A stretch of 64,000 nucleotides of DNA. It comes from Octopus sinensis (Eukaryota). Positions 60,755 through 64,000 of this stretch are shown one piece after another (the first letter of the stretch is position 1; each line of letters opens with the position of its first letter). The notes under the pieces were generated by a model. It was not told the DNA's origin. It made no database searches and was given only the letters and a program-made list of their open reading frames with translations. Made by a program: the position numbers and the translations under genes. The DNA is taken from NCBI RefSeq assembly GCF_006345805.1, contig NC_043001.1, positions 44,888,001 to 44,952,000 of the forward strand, in the 5' to 3' direction.

Positions 60755-61110
60755 ACTGGCATCCGTGCCAGTGGCATGCAAAAAAGCACTATTTCAACAT
60801 AGCCAATGCCAGTGCCGCCTGACTGTCACCCATATTGGTGGCACATAAAAAAAGCACCATTCGAACGTGACCGGTGCCAGAGCTGCCTGACTGGCTCCCA
60901 TGCCAGTGGCATGTGAAAAGAACCCACTACACTCTCGGAGTGGTTGGCATTAGGAAGGACATCCAGCTGCAGAAACATTGCCATATCAGATAGGAGCCTG
61001 GTGCAGCCTCCTGGTTTGCCAGTCCTCAGTCAAACCATCCAGCCCATCCCAGCATGGAAAGCAGACATTAAACGATGATTAATGATGATAATCATCATCA
61101 TCATCACCAC
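60755..61110 (+). mobile_element. RTE 3'-UTR-derived element
   Basis: Same minisatellite and CATGGAAAGCAGACATTAAACGATG tail. Confidence 0.75.
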
Positions 61111-61589
61111 CATCCTTTTTGTCTGCTTTTCCATACTGGCATGGTTTGGGTGAGACTTTTGAAGCAACATTTTATTGTTGCATGTCTGTCCCACTAGTTT
61201 TTTTAGTCACTTATGATCCAAGGATATGGTGTGTGTCAATTCTAAAAACCAACATCTACACTGTTACTGATATACTAACATTAAGTTATCATTTAACCAT
61301 ATTTTAGGTAATGTCCAATCATAAATGGCTAAGTTGAAAGAATGTTGGACTACTTGTTTAGCAGTAAGTCAAAGAGTAATAGTTTAGCATTCAGATTATT
61401 CTGTCAAATGTAATGCTTATTTATTCACATTGTTTTGAATTAATCATGCATTAACTTTTAGCTTTGAGATTTTTATGAGGTAACTGCTTATTTTTAGAAT
61501 GATTTTGTAGGGTTGTTTGTTGAAGGGCCAGATCTAACAATTTTGAACATAAAACAATATTTTGGCTAGACATGGCCAGTTTAAATGCT

Positions 61590-62685
61590 AAAAGGTTAAT
61601 AGTTTGTCACTGTTCATACTAGACAAAGTTCTTAGTTGTGTTTCATCCACTTTCACATTTTGAGTTCAAATTCTGCCGAGGTTAACTTTGCCTTTCATCC
61701 TTTCAGAGTCAATAAAATAAGTACCAGTTGAGCAGTGGGGTTGATGTAATCAACTTATCTCCTTCCCCATATTTCCTAGCCGTGTGCTAAAATTTGAAAC
61801 CAATATTGACAATGACAAACCTCTTAATGCCTTAGGGTTCATTGGGGCACTGCAGCCATGCAGTGTATCTAGGACAAGAAAGCCTGGCAGAGCCCATCCA
61901 ACATAATAGGCAAAAGACCTAAATGTAGATATATTATAAATTGCCAGCCTACATCACTACAACCATTTTAACATTACTTGAATGGGTGGACAATATTTTC
62001 TCCCGTACCATGTGTTGCCAATTGTTGTGGTCCTTTGTTAGCATCTTCATGAGAGTTCATCTTGCAATCAGTTTTCACCATTTTGTTCCATATCATCTTA
62101 ATTCTCCATCTTCCACATGTTCCATCCACCTTAATACTTCATGTATGTCATCTTATATATAAAACCACATTGCTGTCTCAAAACAGTCTTCTCTTTTGCA
62201 CACTACATTTGATCCCTGTGAGCTCATTTCTACTGCATCATTCATGCATATTTAACATTACATATCATTTCACACAACAGAATATGCTAGCTGCATTTCT
62301 TTCTAGTCTTAGCAACATTATATATGTTGTTTGTTCATTTAACATCCACTTTTCCACTTTAGCATCGCTAAGTCATAAACAAATAACTGGAAGTTACTTA
62401 TATTTTATATTTTACCCAAGACAGATGCAGTTTTATATTACAACTTTGTTTTGAAGACAGCAAACTGGCAGAACCTTAGCATGCCAGGCAAAATGCTTGG
62501 CAGCATTTCTTTCAACTTTATGTTTTAAGTTCAAATGCCACCGTAGTTGACTTTGCCTCTCATCCTTTCAGAGTTGATAAAATAAATACCAGTTGAACAC
62601 TGGGGTCAAAGTAATTGACTTGCCACCAAAATTGCTTACCCTCTCCCTGAAATTGCTGACCTTGTGCCAAAATCTGAAACCAATA
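61590..62685 (+). mobile_element. Two CORE-type SINE copies (~61590-61805 and ~62460-62685)
   Basis: CTTTGCCTTTCATCCTTTCAGAGTCAATAAAATAAGTACCAGTTGA block in both. Confidence 0.7.
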
Positions 62686-63139
62686 TTAAAACTGTTAATG
62701 AATAATCCCAGGTGATTTGGATGAGTAATTTTACAGACATAATGCTCAAGTTTCCTTACCCTTCAAAAATATTGAGAAAAACAGGGGAAAAAAATTTGAA
62801 ATAGATAGATAGAAAGTCTAAGAATTGAGGTGTTGATATTACATTTATTCCGTCATTATAATCATTTCAAAGCTATGAATATAAATAATGAATTCATAAT
62901 ATTACTGCATATTACATGTGATCCATACTCATTTTGTTGTACATTTCTGTGTACACTTTTATACAGTATTTACAGAAGTGCTGAGATAATTGCTTAGATT
63001 TCTGAATTCCCATTAATCTGATATATATATACACACATACATATATCATAGTTTCAGTTGTGGCTTTGTTGTTATCACTGTTGAATCTACTTGCAAACAA
63101 AATGAATATGAATGGAACCAAAGTAATCTTCCACCATAT

Positions 63140-64000
63140 TTACAATTTTAAGTTGATAGTTGACATGTAAAACCCATCGTCTTGGCGGATTTTGTCCGTG
63201 GAACACAAATATAAGTTGTCAACAGCCTGCTCACCAAAATCACAGTTCATATATTGTTCATAGATGGAAGGATCAATCTGATTTGATTCAGTCAGCTTGC
63301 TGACTTGACGAGTGAGTTTCATTATAGTCATATGAGGTACAAAATTCTTGTTTATGTCCGTCAACAATTTCTCTTCAAAAAAGTAACATTTGAGTTTCTG
63401 AACAAGGTCTGTGAGTTCTTCTGGGATTTTGATGCAACCATAGACAACACGGTGGGAAAAATGGTAAATGTTTTTAATTCTAATTGGATCACAGTCAGCA
63501 ACTGTTTTAGAAAGTTCCTCTTGTAGATTTTTTAACAAATTTGTAGCATCAGCAATTTGATGGGTATGGTCAAGACGCAACATACATAGTGTTAGATGCA
63601 GACAGACAGGTGGGATGAAACAGTCAAAGTAGGTTGGTTTATTCTTTAAGATATCTTCTTGCATCCATGCAACTTTTTTCAAGATTTCTTCATTAGTTAT
63701 TCTCAATGCTACAAAAAAGTTGGGCTGTGTGATCTTTGCGCAGAATTCATCATCACAGAAAAAGTTGGGGTCACTTGGCATTTCATATCGAGAATCTGAT
63801 TCAAAGACCAAATTTTCTTCCATATCACGTTTCAATTGTTCTTCATAATTAGATACTATATCTGTTATTGTCATTTTACTTCCTGTTGAGCCAAAAACCA
63901 AATCAAGACGCTGAACTTTATCCCAAACTTTTATTGTCTTGTATTTAAAATAGAATATTCTGTGTTTTGGAATGGCCAATGTATAATAATTTACTGTTGA
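63140..64000 (-). CDS. LENG9: 3' part of a LENG9-like protein: end of the MJ1316/DUF504 domain plus an AKAP7-type 2H phosphoesterase; reading frame open to the window edge
   Basis: LAIPKHRIFYFKYKTIKVWDKVQRLDLVFGS matches the MJ1316 C-terminus of LENG9. QPNFFVALRI, LHLTL and PHMTI are AKAP7-like 2H motifs. The 7 codons upstream of 63979 contain no stop. Confidence 0.8.
   Translation of the reverse strand, partial: STVNYYTLAIPKHRIFYFKYKTIKVWDKVQRLDLVFGSTGSKMTITDIVSNYEEQLKRDMEENLVFESDSRYEMPSDPNFFCDDEFCAKITQPNFFVALRITNEEILKKVAWMQEDILKNKPTYFDCFIPPVCLHLTLCMLRLDHTHQIADATNLLKNLQEELSKTVADCDPIRIKNIYHFSHRVVYGCIKIPEELTDLVQKLKCYFFEEKLLTDINKNFVPHMTIMKLTRQVSKLTESNQIDPSIYEQYMNCDFGEQAVDNLYLCSTDKIRQDDGFYMSTINLKL

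Noticed and set aside
56068-64000. Functional link between the hammerheads (2',3'-cyclic phosphate products) and the neighbouring MJ1316-2H gene
   Set aside because: Hammerhead repeats appear to be dispersed genome-wide and eukaryotic neighbours are rarely co-functional, so proximity is probably coincidence.

Overview
AT-rich, intron-rich animal genomic DNA. The SINE, RTE-LINE and (TA)n/(CA)n repeat content looks like an Octopus genome (inference). Three protein-coding genes are supported: (1) the first coding exon of a TMEM180/MFSD13A-like MFS transporter (- strand, 1546-2424, rest of the gene left of the window); (2) a 12-exon cytosolic GH85 endo-beta-N-acetylglucosaminidase (ENGASE, + strand, 29517-59653), rebuilt by hand with consistent GT-AG phases except for one missing base in exon 2; (3) the 3' part of a LENG9-like MJ1316 + 2H-phosphoesterase ORF (- strand, open to the window edge). 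The rest is mostly transposon material: an intact DD34D mariner inserted in a decayed Gypsy element inside ENGASE intron 1, a complete non-autonomous Helitron, and RTE, CRE-like, Sola-like, maT-like and SINE relics. The main observation not explained by the ORF track is a set of type I hammerhead-ribozyme motifs from several sequence families. Two have fully intact catalytic cores (5392-5479 +, 56068-56157 -). One family appears to carry a swapped G3-C8 core pair. Several units sit in inverted duplications that would form long dsRNA hairpins. All structures were folded by eye and none was tested computationally.
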